The position numbers and the translations under genes were made by a program. The notes beneath the pieces were generated by a model. It searched no databases, had not been told where the DNA came from, and was given only the letters and a program-made list of their open reading frames with translations. 52,068 nt of DNA from Corallochytrium limacisporum Hawaii. Taxonomy: Eukaryota > Protista > Pluriformea. The stretch spans positions 33,965 to 86,032 of the forward strand of contig PDIP01000062.1 in assembly GCA_002811645.1 (NCBI GenBank), written 5' to 3'. Of this stretch, positions 22,135-33,399 are shown one piece after another. How positions within the stretch are numbered: position 1 is the first letter of the stretch; the number at the start of each line of letters is the position of its first letter.

Positions 22135-23880
22135 TTACTTTACGAATATGTCTTCCACAATAGGTGCCCATGAAGTCTGATCGATGGACATTTTGAGGAC
22201 AACAAAGTTTCCACACCCCTTCGCAATACCCTTACCATGCCCTATCATCAGGATGGAGTACTGTGCATACGTTGGAATGTCATCGTCGAGCTCTTGACAA
22301 CTGTGTACCAACACACCGTGGCATGTGCTCCAGTCACTGGCTATGACTGGCAGCTCAAAAGTTTTGTCCTGGCCTAGCATGAACACTTCACCAAACTCAT
22401 CGACCTCCATGATCGTCTCGTCCTTGGTAAGTCTCTGGTGGCCGTACTCCCACAGAGGTAGGGCTTCCCACTCATTTGTGGTGCCTTTCTTGACCAAATC
22501 GTTGAAGTACTTGAGATCAATATCAGTGCCTGCTCCAGGAGCATGACCGTCTGGCAAGGGAGCATGGCACCGCCAATAGTCGGAGAACTCGACACAGGAG
22601 ATCTGAATGCGTAGGGAGCCGGTACCCTGGTGATTTTGTCTCCTGATCTGTGCCGATCGCAGTGATTCCCAAGGGTGGATGGCAAAAGTGGACGCCAAAT
22701 GAATCTCTGAGTTTGAGGGCAATGGAAGCGGTATCCCATGTTTCTCTGTGCGTCGTTCACCATCCTCGAAGAGCGCCCGTGTGTATGTTCCCAAACCAAA
22801 GGCATTCAGGTACGACACGATCCTTCGGGGGAGCGGTCTTGCCGCAATCGGACTATCCTCCAAGGTAAGACGAATGTCGTCAAAGTGTAACCGGGCTGAC
22901 GAGCCAGGCACAAGTGGATGGTAGCACAGCATCCAGTGGTCTCGCCACACATCGGATTGTTTCGGGTCCGTAGTAATGGGATCAAGGTCCGATGAGCTCG
23001 GAATCACCATGGCCATGGTCCACCATGTCAATAGACCGGGGTACTGGATGGTTGTGGGCCAACAAATACTTTCCGCCTTGGACGATGGCAGGTTTGGATC
23101 CTGTAACTCCATGGTCAATAATTTCTGCACAGCATCCAAGTTGGCGGCTGCCGGAGAAGATAGCCACCTTTGGACGCTTGGATTCGCGGATTGAATGTTA
23201 AATTCTGCGCAATGGACCCCTAAATTTTCCCCTATCTGCAAAACACATTGCTGCCATAGAGTGCGGTCATCGATCACGACCCCATCCAAAGTCATCGATC
23301 CGGGAATCACTTGGGCACCTTTCGCTAGCAACCCACGCCTGTGGGCATCGCGCATTGTTGGAATGATCCCCTCACCAATGAGTTCTGAGTCCACAATTTC
23401 CGAGACAACAATCTGAGCCCCGCGTGGCAAGCGCATCATTTCTCGCGTCAGAAAGTCCGACTGACAGTTGTGGATCTTTAGCTCTTCCTCCGGGACATTG
23501 TTAGCATCGACCACCTTGCGTGCCAGTTGTGCCATGGTGTTGAAGGATTCACAGGCATTGATCTTGGGCGTTTTTTTTCGTAGTTTGATTTCTCGGTGGA
23601 GCATCAGAGCCAGCAGACCCGTGCCGGTACCAATATCAAGGCCAGACACGACATCAGCATCTGCGTTTTCAGCGATCACACGATCGACAGCTATCCGTAT
23701 CGCTGACCGGTACTTCTCATTCCGATCCTTATCCCATAGCATATCCCCATAGTGGGAACCGGCAACAGAGGCCTCCCAAGCGGGTTGGTCGTCATCATTG
23801 CCCTGTCCACCATGAGACTCTGTGGTCACCCACTCGAACTCTCCCGTGACCGGATTGAACACCTGCTTCAACAATGGCAT
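22135..23880 (-). CDS. PRMT7: Protein arginine N-methyltransferase 7 (type III)
   Basis: N-terminal NPVTGEFEW, YGDMLWDKDRNEKY, motif I LDIGTGTGLL, double-E loop SEIVDSELIGEG, WRDHWM, C-terminal PLWEY. Confidence 0.9.
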   Translation of the reverse strand: MPLLKQVFNPVTGEFEWVTTESHGGQGNDDDQPAWEASVAGSHYGDMLWDKDRNEKYRSAIRIAVDRVIAENADADVVSGLDIGTGTGLLALMLHREIKLRKKTPKINACESFNTMAQLARKVVDANNVPEEELKIHNCQSDFLTREMMRLPRGAQIVVSEIVDSELIGEGIIPTMRDAHRRGLLAKGAQVIPGSMTLDGVVIDDRTLWQQCVLQIGENLGVHCAEFNIQSANPSVQRWLSSPAAANLDAVQKLLTMELQDPNLPSSKAESICWPTTIQYPGLLTWWTMAMVIPSSSDLDPITTDPKQSDVWRDHWMLCYHPLVPGSSARLHFDDIRLTLEDSPIAARPLPRRIVSYLNAFGLGTYTRALFEDGERRTEKHGIPLPLPSNSEIHLASTFAIHPWESLRSAQIRRQNHQGTGSLRIQISCVEFSDYWRCHAPLPDGHAPGAGTDIDLKYFNDLVKKGTTNEWEALPLWEYGHQRLTKDETIMEVDEFGEVFMLGQDKTFELPVIASDWSTCHGVLVHSCQELDDDIPTYAQYSILMIGHGKGIAKGCGNFVVLKMSIDQTSWAPIVEDIFVK

Positions 23881-24239
23881 CAGGTCACCAGAGTCATATC
23901 ACATTGTAGAAGGACCGAGCCATCCACGCTCTTCAGTGCTGCCACCAGTACAGCCATCAGTTTCCGGTGGCCTGAAACTGCTGCCGGTAACGGCCTTCCT
24001 GCATTTGTGCAGTCTCTCAAATCTCAAGTAGCTTGGGGTATCCATCCGTGCGGGGGACACAGTGCACCTACCGCAATCTTGTAAATCATGTACTCAGCCT
24101 AGGTAATTTGACAGTCCATACCAAACTCACACGATTTCCGCATTGGTCCACCAAAATATTCTATATTTTTGTATCAAAGACCCCTCTCTGATTCAAATCC
24201 ACCCAATGGACAGCACCCGTCTGAGGTTTCCCCCATGCC

Positions 24240-26330
24240 CCAGGATTTTCCCTCTCGTTGTCCCCCCCCCCTCCTCACCACCAACCTCCTCCGCGCAATC
24301 TCCAACCTCCAACCACCCTCCCCCCTCTTCTTCTGATTCCAACCACCACCCCACACCACCTCCTCCTCCCCCCCCCTTCCCAAGCCTTTCGTCGTTCACT
24401 CGGTACCGAGAGAGGAAAGTGCCGCGCCCCCCCTTTCCGACATCGCCGCCCCGCGGTGGTGGTAGGTAATTATCGCACGAAACAAATAAAAACGAAAGGG
24501 TTGCCGGTGCGCCTGCTACCCAATTCACACAGTCGACGCCAAAGGAGCCATTGTGACACCAACCCCCTTCCTTGTTTTACTTTCCCCGGACCGCTTTCTC
24601 TGCCTTTGGTAGTACTGAACCTATTACCACCATGCATCACGCAAACCGCACTACCATACGATCCGATCACCAGCAAGGTTTTCGTCAAACGGGTCGGCTA
24701 TTTCCTTTGATTTGGTGAATGGACGCAAGAAGGCCAAAGGGGGGGGGGGGGGATGGAGAGGGATGTCGAACCCGCAGAGCCAAGGAGGGGGGGTCCCAAC
24801 CAACCAAACTCCCCTGCTTCCTTCTTTCTTTGGGATTTTCTCCTGCCACCAAACACCCGAGAGCCGTACCCTAGCCAGCTCGAGGCGCGGGGTCGGTCGG
24901 TCGATCGCGACAATTCTCTCTCTCTCGCTCTCCGTGGACCGTTCGCTATGGGGGCCGGGCACAGCGCCGAAAAGCGGGGGCGCCAGGGCACCTGTGCTTC
25001 CCGCTCTCTTTGTCCCAGCTCCCCCTCCCTCTCCCCCAGTACTGCTGCTGCGGCGCCTGTGTTTTCTTTTTTCGTTTTCCGTTAAGGCCTGCCGTTTTGG
25101 TCGACTGGTGATTCAATACCCATACGCAAAATAAACCATTTGAATCTCGAACGGTCAAACCCCCTCCCCCTGGGCGGTTCTCCCCGATTGGTGAATTTTT
25201 TTATTTTCTTTCTTGCTGTCTCTGATTTGGTTTCGTATGTCCCAGCGTTTACACGCCCCTTTATTTCATTGAGAGTTTCTCGTCTGTTTGTTATTGTTGC
25301 CCCGTATCCCTGGTCTCCCCGGGACCGTTGAGTATTTGCTGGAAGGGGCTTTCTATGGATACCGCGGTGGTATGTGTTCTATGTTTTTGCACCGGTGGTG
25401 TACCCCTCTTTTTAACCTTTTCCACTACGGCCTGTATTTGTACGGTTCGTTGGGTCCCCCCCCGGTGGAGGTGGTTGTGTTCTCTGTGGTTTATTTTTGT
25501 TTTTATTTTGTATTCGGGCCAGTGAGCCCGCCGGATGAAAGGAAAGGGAAGGGAGGGGGAGGGGGGAAGGCCGAGACAGGGTTCTCTCTGGGGGGTGTGT
25601 GGGTGTGTATGTGTGTGACGCGGTGTGTGTATGGGTGTGAGCCGTCTTGTGCGGAACAGGAGGCTGGGGTTAAGGAAAGGGGGGTTCACCAACCGAAAAA
25701 AAAAAAGAAAGAGAAGGTGGAGAAGGTCCCCCCCGGGGGGGGGCGGAAGCCCTGGTTGGCAAGAACCATTCCAAAGAGGCGGTTTTTGGTAAAGGCAAGA
25801 CAAGGGCGAAGAGGGGGGGGGGTATGAGCAATCCTGCGGTGTCCCTTACGGCCAACCCCCCCCCCCTCTCTCTCCTTTTTTTTTTCTTCCTTTTCTCTCG
25901 TTTTCCGGAGATTTAAGCGACAAACTGAGAAAAAACCGCGGGAATTGGGGCTCTGTTTTCTCTTTATCTGGAGCAGAAGGGCCCCTGCTTTCTGGAATGG
26001 GGCCCGCGGAGGTTGGGGGGGTGTGTCACCGGTCCAACCAACCACTCGCCCTTCCCTCCCTCCCTCCCGCCCGCTATTTTGCCCTCCCTTACGAGGCCAT
26101 TCTCGTTGCCTTCCCGTTTTTCTTTTTCCTCTTTGTCTTTTATTTTGGTATTGGTTGCCCTCCTCCCGCCTTTCTGAGAAGAGCTCTACCACACTCAGAG
26201 CCACAGAGCCACAGAGCCACACAGACACAGAGACACAGAGAGAGCGGGAAAGAAAAAGATGGACACACACTGCAGCAAATAAAGTCAACCTCTGGTGAAT
26301 CCAGTGGCCTTGCTGTCCCCCCCCCTTTGG
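24240..26330. promoter_or_regulatory. Low-complexity G/C-homopolymer and microsatellite island in the divergent PRMT7/Ral intergenic region
   Basis: Many C7-C12, G8-G14 and A/T tracts, plus (ct)n, (gt)n and (cagagcca)n repeats. ORFs here translate to poly-Pro/Gly/Lys only. A regulatory role is inferred from position. Confidence 0.5.
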
Positions 26331-26538
26331 CTCACCGGGAACCGGGAAGAAGGGCAACGCCCGATGTTGGGCTCGAGATATCAACGGTTTCTGGGGTATG
26401 CTCACATAGCGCACTTTAATGATTTACCGTGCGGGGACGTCCAAGGGGTTCCCTATCCACATAGTGATACTCTGGATGTGGTGGCAGCGTTGTTGAGGCT
26501 GGGAATGTTTCAATCCCCTTGCACCAGTAGCTATAAAG

Positions 26539-26794
26539 GTATGTGCAAATAAGGTACACAACCGGTTAGACTTCGTGTCTGCAGTGTAAAACACGCAAGC
26601 AAAACTGCTGGCGAAGTCAGACGGGACAGAACCGGGTGACTTTGACATATTTCGCGTATTTGAAAGACCTGTTCGGTTAAATCCACTTCGGAGTAGCAAG
26701 ACTTTGGTCATAGAACTACCTGAGCTATAGTATCCCTTAACATCTTCGGGAGCAAGTCACGCATTCTGAGTGCCGATTGATAACTTTGCAATAG
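26539..26794 (+). other. Candidate 5'UTR intron of the Ral gene
   Basis: AAAG|GTATGT at 26539, TGATAAC branch-like at 26778-26784, TAG at 26792-26794; ATG at 26841. Confidence 0.55.
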
Positions 26795-26840
26795 GGAAGA
26801 AACAGACATACAGACGCGAGTAAGCATACTCTGAGCAAAC

Positions 26841-27425
26841 ATGGCAAAGCAGCGTGATGTGCCTTTGCACAAGGTAATTATGGTCGGCTCTGGTGGCGTG
26901 GGCAAGTCTGCTATCACGTTGCAGTTTATGTACGGCGAGTTTGTGGAGGACTATGAGCCCACCAAGGCCGACTCGTACCGGAAGAAGGTACAGCTCGATG
27001 GAGAAGAGTGCCAGATTGATATTTTGGACACAGCCGGTCAAGAAGACTACGCAGCTATTCGTGACAACTATTTCCGGAGTGGCGAGGGTTTCCTCTGTGT
27101 GTTTAGCATCACTGAGCATGAGTCATTTGAGAACACTCGCGACTTCCGGGACCAGATTCTGCGCGTGCACGATAATGACGCTATTCCTTTCATGCTTGTA
27201 GGAAACAAGGTTGATTTGGAGGACAAGCGCAAGGTTGCCACAGCGGATGCAGAACGTCGGGCCCGCGAGTGGAACGTGCCATATGTCGAGACCTCAGCCA
27301 AGACCAAGCACAATGTAGACACCATCTTTTACGACCTCATGCGCCAGATCCGGGCACAGAAGACAGCGAAGACCAACAGCAGTCCAGAGACTTCGGGAAA
27401 TAAGGGATGCTGCGTGATGCTCTAA
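26841..27425 (+). CDS. RAL: Ras-related Ral small GTPase
   Basis: [15 protein letters not shown], Ral-specific effector loop [45 protein letters not shown]-terminal CCVML prenylation box. Confidence 0.97.
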   Translation: MAKQRDVPLHKVIMVGSGGVGKSAITLQFMYGEFVEDYEPTKADSYRKKVQLDGEECQIDILDTAGQEDYAAIRDNYFRSGEGFLCVFSITEHESFENTRDFRDQILRVHDNDAIPFMLVGNKVDLEDKRKVATADAERRAREWNVPYVETSAKTKHNVDTIFYDLMRQIRAQKTAKTNSSPETSGNKGCCVML

Positions 27426-28895
27426 CGTTATGCGTTTGCATCGTACCAGTGGCGAATATTTTGACATGAAGGGCGTACCCATAGGGCTGTCCGCTCAACA
27501 TCATTTCCTTGCACATGCACAGTTTTCCAAACTTCAACGTACACCGCACCCAATACATCTGTAAAGCACACTTCTAATCTTTATTGTACGAACACTCTTT
27601 ACATGAATGCCAAAAGTAGGTCAATATCTATGACTGTCAGCGGAAAATGTATAAGAAGTGAGAACAGGTTAGTTTCGGCACGCTTATAGCACCACAGAGA
27701 GTCCGATGGCAAGCAATCTGCGGTAGTACGAGAAGGTACCAAGGTCATTGTTGCACCCTTGTTTAACGCCCTAGATCATTTCGCGGTTGTTCAACTGGCA
27801 GGAAGAACGGTTGGATAGTAGACAAGTCAGGACGTAGATATAGTGTGCGAATTTGCCAACTGTTCAGACTGTTGTTGGCTTACCAACTGGTTAACCCCCC
27901 GCAATGCATACTGCATGATAGCCTTGCGCTTTCGACGTCAATTTACTTACCATTTGACCACGATCACGATTGAAGGTGACGATTTGGTCCTACTTCACAC
28001 ATTAATGTGGACTGGTCCTAAGAAGGAAACGGAGACTTTGGTTGGTTAGCTTCTCAATGTCATGAACATGCGGGCTGTAAGCCAGTACAAGTGGTGGTCG
28101 AGGGAAGGGGAAACATATGCGACTCAGACAGATTAAGTTTGGTAGCTGAAATACTATCGTCACCCGATAAGTCCATATGACAGAAAGTCACGCGGCATCG
28201 GTCAGACAAATGCCTTCAAATCGTCACAGTCAATGTCCCTTCTCAGTCCTTCCCGTTGGCCACACGCCACAAAGTGACTCAAAATAAAGTCGTGATATAC
28301 TTACTTGTTGTAGACGCAGATCTAGGTTTGCCGTAGACTGGTCTCTCCATGTGAACAAAACCGATGGAGCTCGCAAGGGTCCGAGGAAAGACACATGGTG
28401 TGGCATCTGGTCCAAAGAGGTACAGTTCTCAAACACCAGTGATCGCAAATGCAAACGTCCATACCACCTGCAAGCAGCAAAGTAAACTATGAGTGGTGTC
28501 TCAGACCCGGAACAACTCAAATGCACTTGTGTTGTCGTTGCGAATGTTTTGTTGCGCAATGCATGCGTCTCCCCAGGCCAGGGGTGCGTGGTGGCCGGAA
28601 GGAGTTGGGGCCGAACAGCTCGCACAGGTGAGGTGGGAGGGGAAAGAGGAAAGGGACTGCCAGTATTTATGTATTCGAACGAATCGTACGCAAATATATG
28701 GAAACCCATCATATTAAAATGTTACGAATGACCCGGGGCTCCCAGTGCTTCAGATCGGGAGTCTACCACGCCGCACCATACAGTCAATTCAGGTTGTCGT
28801 TTCGGCATTATCCGCTATTTGAAGACAGTTCTGCGCTGTCGCAACGTCATGTGCTGAAGAATACAGTCCACAGAGCCCCGAGTTACTCAAAGATC

Positions 28896-29474
28896 ATGGC
28901 GGTTCAGCCTAGAGTGGGAGTGGCTGCCACTGTGTTGCGCTTCCTACAACCACCTGCGGGGTCAAAGATCACGTCGGAGGTCCTACTGATAGAACGAGGA
29001 AAGGATCCGGCCAAAGGATTTTGGTCATTTCCAGGGGGCGGATTAGAACCTGGAGAGAAGCTTGTGACCGCTGCCGCAAGGGAAATTCGCGAAGAGACGC
29101 AATTGACAGACATCTGCTGGTTAGATGTCTACCGCGCCACCGATGCCATCTATTACCAGCAAGATCAACCAGACAAGCTGGCTTTCCATTACACAGTCGT
29201 GCATGTTTTGGGTATCACAATGTCAAGTCAGAACCCAGTGGCCAGCGATGATGCCACAGATGTAGACTTTGTTCCTTGTCACGAGTTCTTTACGGGATCT
29301 CATGCGACACACAGATGCCACCGGCTCCTGGTACCGAGGATCGCGAGCACACTGTCCCGGGCACTGCGTGTGCTGAAGAACGACGTGATCAACGTGCCTA
29401 GTCCGCAAGCTTACATCGTCAAAACGTCTCTGAACAGTTTGTTGAGCACAACACCGACCATTACAGACGAATGA
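28896..29474 (+). CDS. Nudix hydrolase (ADP-ribose pyrophosphatase-like)
   Basis: PRVGVAA, VLLIERGKDPAKGFWSFPGG, Nudix box GGLEPGEKLVTAAAREIREETQL, FHY, ASDDA. Start uncertain: in-frame ATGs at 28698/28719 could add a targeting peptide. Confidence 0.88.
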   Translation: MAVQPRVGVAATVLRFLQPPAGSKITSEVLLIERGKDPAKGFWSFPGGGLEPGEKLVTAAAREIREETQLTDICWLDVYRATDAIYYQQDQPDKLAFHYTVVHVLGITMSSQNPVASDDATDVDFVPCHEFFTGSHATHRCHRLLVPRIASTLSRALRVLKNDVINVPSPQAYIVKTSLNSLLSTTPTITDE

Positions 29475-29732
29475 AGGTATAGCGTACCACGATTTCTCTG
29501 CTCACACTGAGCAGGCTGTGTCCCCAAATGCCCTGCAAATTCTAATACAGGCTTAAACCCACTGCGAACCGTCGGGCTTGAAGCTCGGAGAGGAAGGGAA
29601 TAAAGAGCCGGGTCACCTTTCTCCTCACCAAAGGAAATCGGAACCCGAGCAGTACTGAGGGCCACCCCCACCCCCCGCCCCTTCCCACCTCGCGCTGCTA
29701 TAACCACGGGCGCGGGTACTTGTAAAGGGCAG

Positions 29733-29838
29733 GTAGGTGAAGAATGGACCGTCTGTCAGCTTGTTCTACGAAGATCCAACACCACTATTTACCATGATTT
29801 CATGAACGTGTTTGTTAACATTTAACGTTGCTATGCAG
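29733..29838 (+). other. Candidate 5'UTR intron of BMT2
   Basis: CAG|GTAGGT at 29733, TTTAAC at 29821-29826, CAG at 29836-29838; ATG at 29906. Confidence 0.55.
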
Positions 29839-29905
29839 AGACGGAACAGTTGTCTCATTTTTTGGCGTGTCTTGTGATCAGCGGGTACTGGTCCAATGCT
29901 GCCGC

Positions 29906-30817
29906 ATGGGGAAGAAGTCTCGGCCGAAGCAAGCGGTGACCCGCGATCGGGGTGCGCATAAGGTTCCTTCCCGGGTCCTAGATAATACCACTGCTATCCA
30001 CAAGAGTGCATCAAAAGACAAGCGTAAGAAAAAGCATGCAGCCTTCATTTCCCGTTTCCATGCTCTGCTGAAGAAGGAAGAGCTTGCGGAACGGCAGAAT
30101 GATCCGAGGGCTGCAAACGAGGCACGGATAGAAATGAAGGATATGGGTGGCTTAGCTGCCTATCAAGCCATGAGCAGACGAGGTGAACGTAGACAGGCAC
30201 CATCAAATGTGCCAAAGTGGGTCAAGGACGGCCTGATCTCTCAGGGACTATTCCAACGCCAGGACCTGCACCACCTGTCTAGTTCGCAGATTAAACCCAT
30301 ACGTCTCCTCGATGTAGGTTGTCTGAAGCCGGAATACAACGAACCCATCTTTAAGCCTCGCTATATTGACATCCAAGGCAGTGAGAAAGGTGTTGAGACA
30401 TGCGATCTATTGGACATCAAGCCGTTCCATTCCTTTGATATCGTCGTGCTGAGCCTCGTGTTGAATTTCTCTGGCAGCAGCGAAGTGCGTGGTCGCATGC
30501 TAGCACATGCTGTGGGTCTGCTGGTGAAAGGCGGTTACCTGGCCATCGTATTACCACGTGCGTGTGTAGATAACAGCCGTTACTTTGACCATGGGACGTT
30601 GCACAAGCTCATGGACGTGCTGTGTTGCGAAGAGCTTATGCACAAGGACAGTGCAAAGCTCTGCTACAGCCTGTGGCGCACGGAGAACCCAGCCAAAAGT
30701 GTGAAGGTACTACAGCAGGTCGGCTCAAAGAGCAGCAGTAAAACTCTTGGTGTCTTTGTGGGAAAGGAGAAGGTCAACGACGGAGTTAATCGCAATAACT
30801 TTAGCATAACACTGTAA
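29906..30817 (+). CDS. BMT2: 25S rRNA adenine-N1 methyltransferase Bmt2 (Bmt2/SAMTOR family)
   Basis: Basic N-terminus, MGGLAAYQAMS, LLDVG, FDIVVLSLVLNF, RGRML, VLPRACVDNSRY, C-terminal NNFSI. Confidence 0.85.
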   Translation: MGKKSRPKQAVTRDRGAHKVPSRVLDNTTAIHKSASKDKRKKKHAAFISRFHALLKKEELAERQNDPRAANEARIEMKDMGGLAAYQAMSRRGERRQAPSNVPKWVKDGLISQGLFQRQDLHHLSSSQIKPIRLLDVGCLKPEYNEPIFKPRYIDIQGSEKGVETCDLLDIKPFHSFDIVVLSLVLNFSGSSEVRGRMLAHAVGLLVKGGYLAIVLPRACVDNSRYFDHGTLHKLMDVLCCEELMHKDSAKLCYSLWRTENPAKSVKVLQQVGSKSSSKTLGVFVGKEKVNDGVNRNNFSITL

Positions 30818-30922
30818 CATTTTTAATCACTATAAACGACATGAAAGCCTTCTTACGTGATCCTAATTGTCTTTCAAATGGTGTGTATAGTAAGATTGTC
30901 TTAATTACCACTGCTACGTCCG

Positions 30923-33070
30923 CTATCCCCGCCACGCGTCGACCCATCGCGGCAAATCGCCAGTGTGTCCGAGTTCGTAGCTAATAGTGTGCAGGTTGCA
31001 GACGTGAAGCGTAAGCTGCTTCTTTTCCTCCTCCGTGAGCTTAGCCTTACGTTCCTTGGCATCATGGCTGGATCCCAATAAGAGATTGCCACCGTAGCCC
31101 TTGCCGCGCTCGTCATGTGGGCGATCCAGGAGGTCCTCCAGAATCTTGTGACCTACTTTGGGGTCAAACTTGTTGCTAGTCTGTAGCTCCTGACGCTCCT
31201 GGTCGTTCACGCATCCCATGAAGTCAACCATCAATTCTTCAACAAGGCAGTCCTCGTACCGCTCAAGTAGGAACTTGGTAGACAGCAGGATAGATCGATT
31301 GCTCTTGACGTCGCCAGGAGTGGTGACCATCATTTCATCGAATGCTCGTCTCACAATAAGCACGGGACCCGGAAATTTGGCCAACTGGGAGCTGACTTCT
31401 AAATGGAAGTATTCTTCCAATACACCCTGCGTCAGTGAGCTCGCAGAGGGTGGCAGCTTGGAAACCGCCAGCGGAACGACACTGTCAAATGTCGCATCTA
31501 GAATGACCGAATGCAAGTCCGGGAAGACATTCGCCGCATGAGCAGCAGGGAAGCCACCGATGCTCCATGCGTAGACCTTGATTTGACCCACATCCCAGTC
31601 AAGAGCGTGCTGAGCGTAGTATAGCACGGCCTCGATGGCTGCCCGTTCGGTGGAAGGATTCGGTTGACCACCGGATCCCGCGTAACCCGCGTGGTTCCAT
31701 GCTAGGATCGAATGTCCGGCGCGCAGAGCAGTCCCCATCACGCTCATTTCATAGAAACTGGCATTGCCCTCGCAGGTCACACAGAGAGTGGAAGCCCGGG
31801 ATGCGTCGCTCTCAGACCCATGGTCAGTAGCACCTTTGCGGCGGTCAAGGTAGGCACAGTCAATATCAAAGCCTAGAGCGGTGCGAATCCGGCACCTATT
31901 GAAACCCATGGGCTTCACGTTAGCAACAATGCGGTGCTCCTCCTTGTTGTCAGCCCCTTTCGCATCCTGCTCTGCAATGGACCTCTCGGCGACATCGGTC
32001 CAGGCCAAGGCAACCCGGCTCGCTTCCTTCGCGAACAGGAACGCCCGACCACGCAGTAAATCATCGGCGAGGATACCATCGGCCAACAGCCGAGTAGAGC
32101 CAGGGTAGAGCATGGGCCGGGCCAGGACGTTAGCAAAGATACGATAGATCGTGCGGTAGAAAATGTTTGGCTGGCCGCTGGTATGCTCCGGTTGAACATC
32201 GGCCGCAGAACCTGTCCTACCCGAATAGTCTCGTGCCGCCAGGCGCTTGGCGAGGTCCGGTTCGCTTCCTCTGAGATCCTCAACGACATCGAAGTCAATG
32301 GGACGGGCCCACTGGGCAAAATCCCATGCATTCAGGCGCGCCAAAGCCACACGAGAGTTCACGCTCATCGGAGCTCCCTTCAGATTATTTTCAATCGACG
32401 TTCCCGCCTTGTTCTCCTTGCCCTTGCGCCGCTCATGATTGACCAAGTCCATTTCTAGGCAAACCCATGCGGCTTTCAAATCGGCCACGAATGCCTGGTA
32501 CATGGGGTGCAGGCTGCGACTGACTCCTCGGCCCACCCACGCGAGCAGGGTCATAAAGGCCAACACGCCGAAGAGTAACACGGACATCTCCAGAGGTGGT
32601 ATGAAGAACACTAGGAAACCAGGCACCTGCGGCACAGATTTTAGTATCTCAACAAGAGCTTGCGGTAGGCTCACTCCAGAGAATCCCATAGCCTCGATCA
32701 ACCCCAAAGAACCGTTCCACGAAGTCATATCCGCCCTTTGTATTCGCTTCAAGATGCTGAGCAGGATGAATCCGCCAGTGAAGAGGCGACGCAAAGGACC
32801 TCCGACTGCCATGTCGCGGATAAATTCTACAATGCCAACCAGACGAGTGAAGCTGCGAGCACCAGTATTTACCGGACCTGGGCCAGCTGCAAAACGAACA
32901 GCCGGAAACATTTCTGGCTGCTGGTCCTGAGGGTTCCGTCCACGCTGCTCCTGTTGTTGCCTAATATGTGCCGGGATCCAGCTTTCCCCATAGTTGATAT
33001 ACAGATCGGGACCAAGCAGATACCAGACAAAGGGCACTGTATCACCCAGAACACTTAGAAGAAGCCCCAT
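30923..33070 (-). CDS. ABHD16A: ABHD16A/BAT5-like alpha/beta hydrolase (phosphatidylserine lipase family)
   Basis: LGPDLY near the inferred start MGLLLSV (ATG 33070), MLYPGS, CEGNASFYEM, WNHAGYAGS, nucleophile AWSIGG, LDATFD, GHT. The ORF is open up to 33349. Confidence 0.88.
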   Translation of the reverse strand: MGLLLSVLGDTVPFVWYLLGPDLYINYGESWIPAHIRQQQEQRGRNPQDQQPEMFPAVRFAAGPGPVNTGARSFTRLVGIVEFIRDMAVGGPLRRLFTGGFILLSILKRIQRADMTSWNGSLGLIEAMGFSGVSLPQALVEILKSVPQVPGFLVFFIPPLEMSVLLFGVLAFMTLLAWVGRGVSRSLHPMYQAFVADLKAAWVCLEMDLVNHERRKGKENKAGTSIENNLKGAPMSVNSRVALARLNAWDFAQWARPIDFDVVEDLRGSEPDLAKRLAARDYSGRTGSAADVQPEHTSGQPNIFYRTIYRIFANVLARPMLYPGSTRLLADGILADDLLRGRAFLFAKEASRVALAWTDVAERSIAEQDAKGADNKEEHRIVANVKPMGFNRCRIRTALGFDIDCAYLDRRKGATDHGSESDASRASTLCVTCEGNASFYEMSVMGTALRAGHSILAWNHAGYAGSGGQPNPSTERAAIEAVLYYAQHALDWDVGQIKVYAWSIGGFPAAHAANVFPDLHSVILDATFDSVVPLAVSKLPPSASSLTQGVLEEYFHLEVSSQLAKFPGPVLIVRRAFDEMMVTTPGDVKSNRSILLSTKFLLERYEDCLVEELMVDFMGCVNDQERQELQTSNKFDPKVGHKILEDLLDRPHDERGKGYGGNLLLGSSHDAKERKAKLTEEEKKQLTLHVCNLHTISYELGHTGDLPRWVDAWRG

Positions 33071-33399
33071 TGTGCCATTCCGAGCCTTGGGCTCGTTTGC
33101 CGCGGAGGCATGTACCGGCTCCGACGTATCGATCGCGAAGCCCATCGTGGAAAGCAATAGTAAGGGTCTGCGAATATGTGACATACTCCGTGCTACATTT
33201 TGTCTGTGATGCATGCATCGAAATACCTGATCCCAAAGCCCGCAGGCGTTCCTGCCGACGTTCCTTGACTGCCCACAGGTATTGGCTGCTAATTGTCGGT
33301 GACGCGGAAAGAGTACACATCGCCGAGGCCACCGTAGCGAATGTACCAAAAAGGCGCTCCTGTGAGACCAGTTAGCAGTGTTTGAGAACCAGCCTCAGG

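Noticed and set aside
24143-26419. Many 100-240 aa ORFs on both strands
   Set aside because: Translations are poly-Pro/Gly/Lys/Phe from homopolymer tracts; stop-poor low-complexity DNA, not genes.
33071-33349. 93-aa N-terminal extension of ABHD16A
   Set aside because: The family N-terminal motif (LGPxLY) fits a start at 33070 and the ORF-track start is TTG. An upstream ATG cannot be fully excluded.
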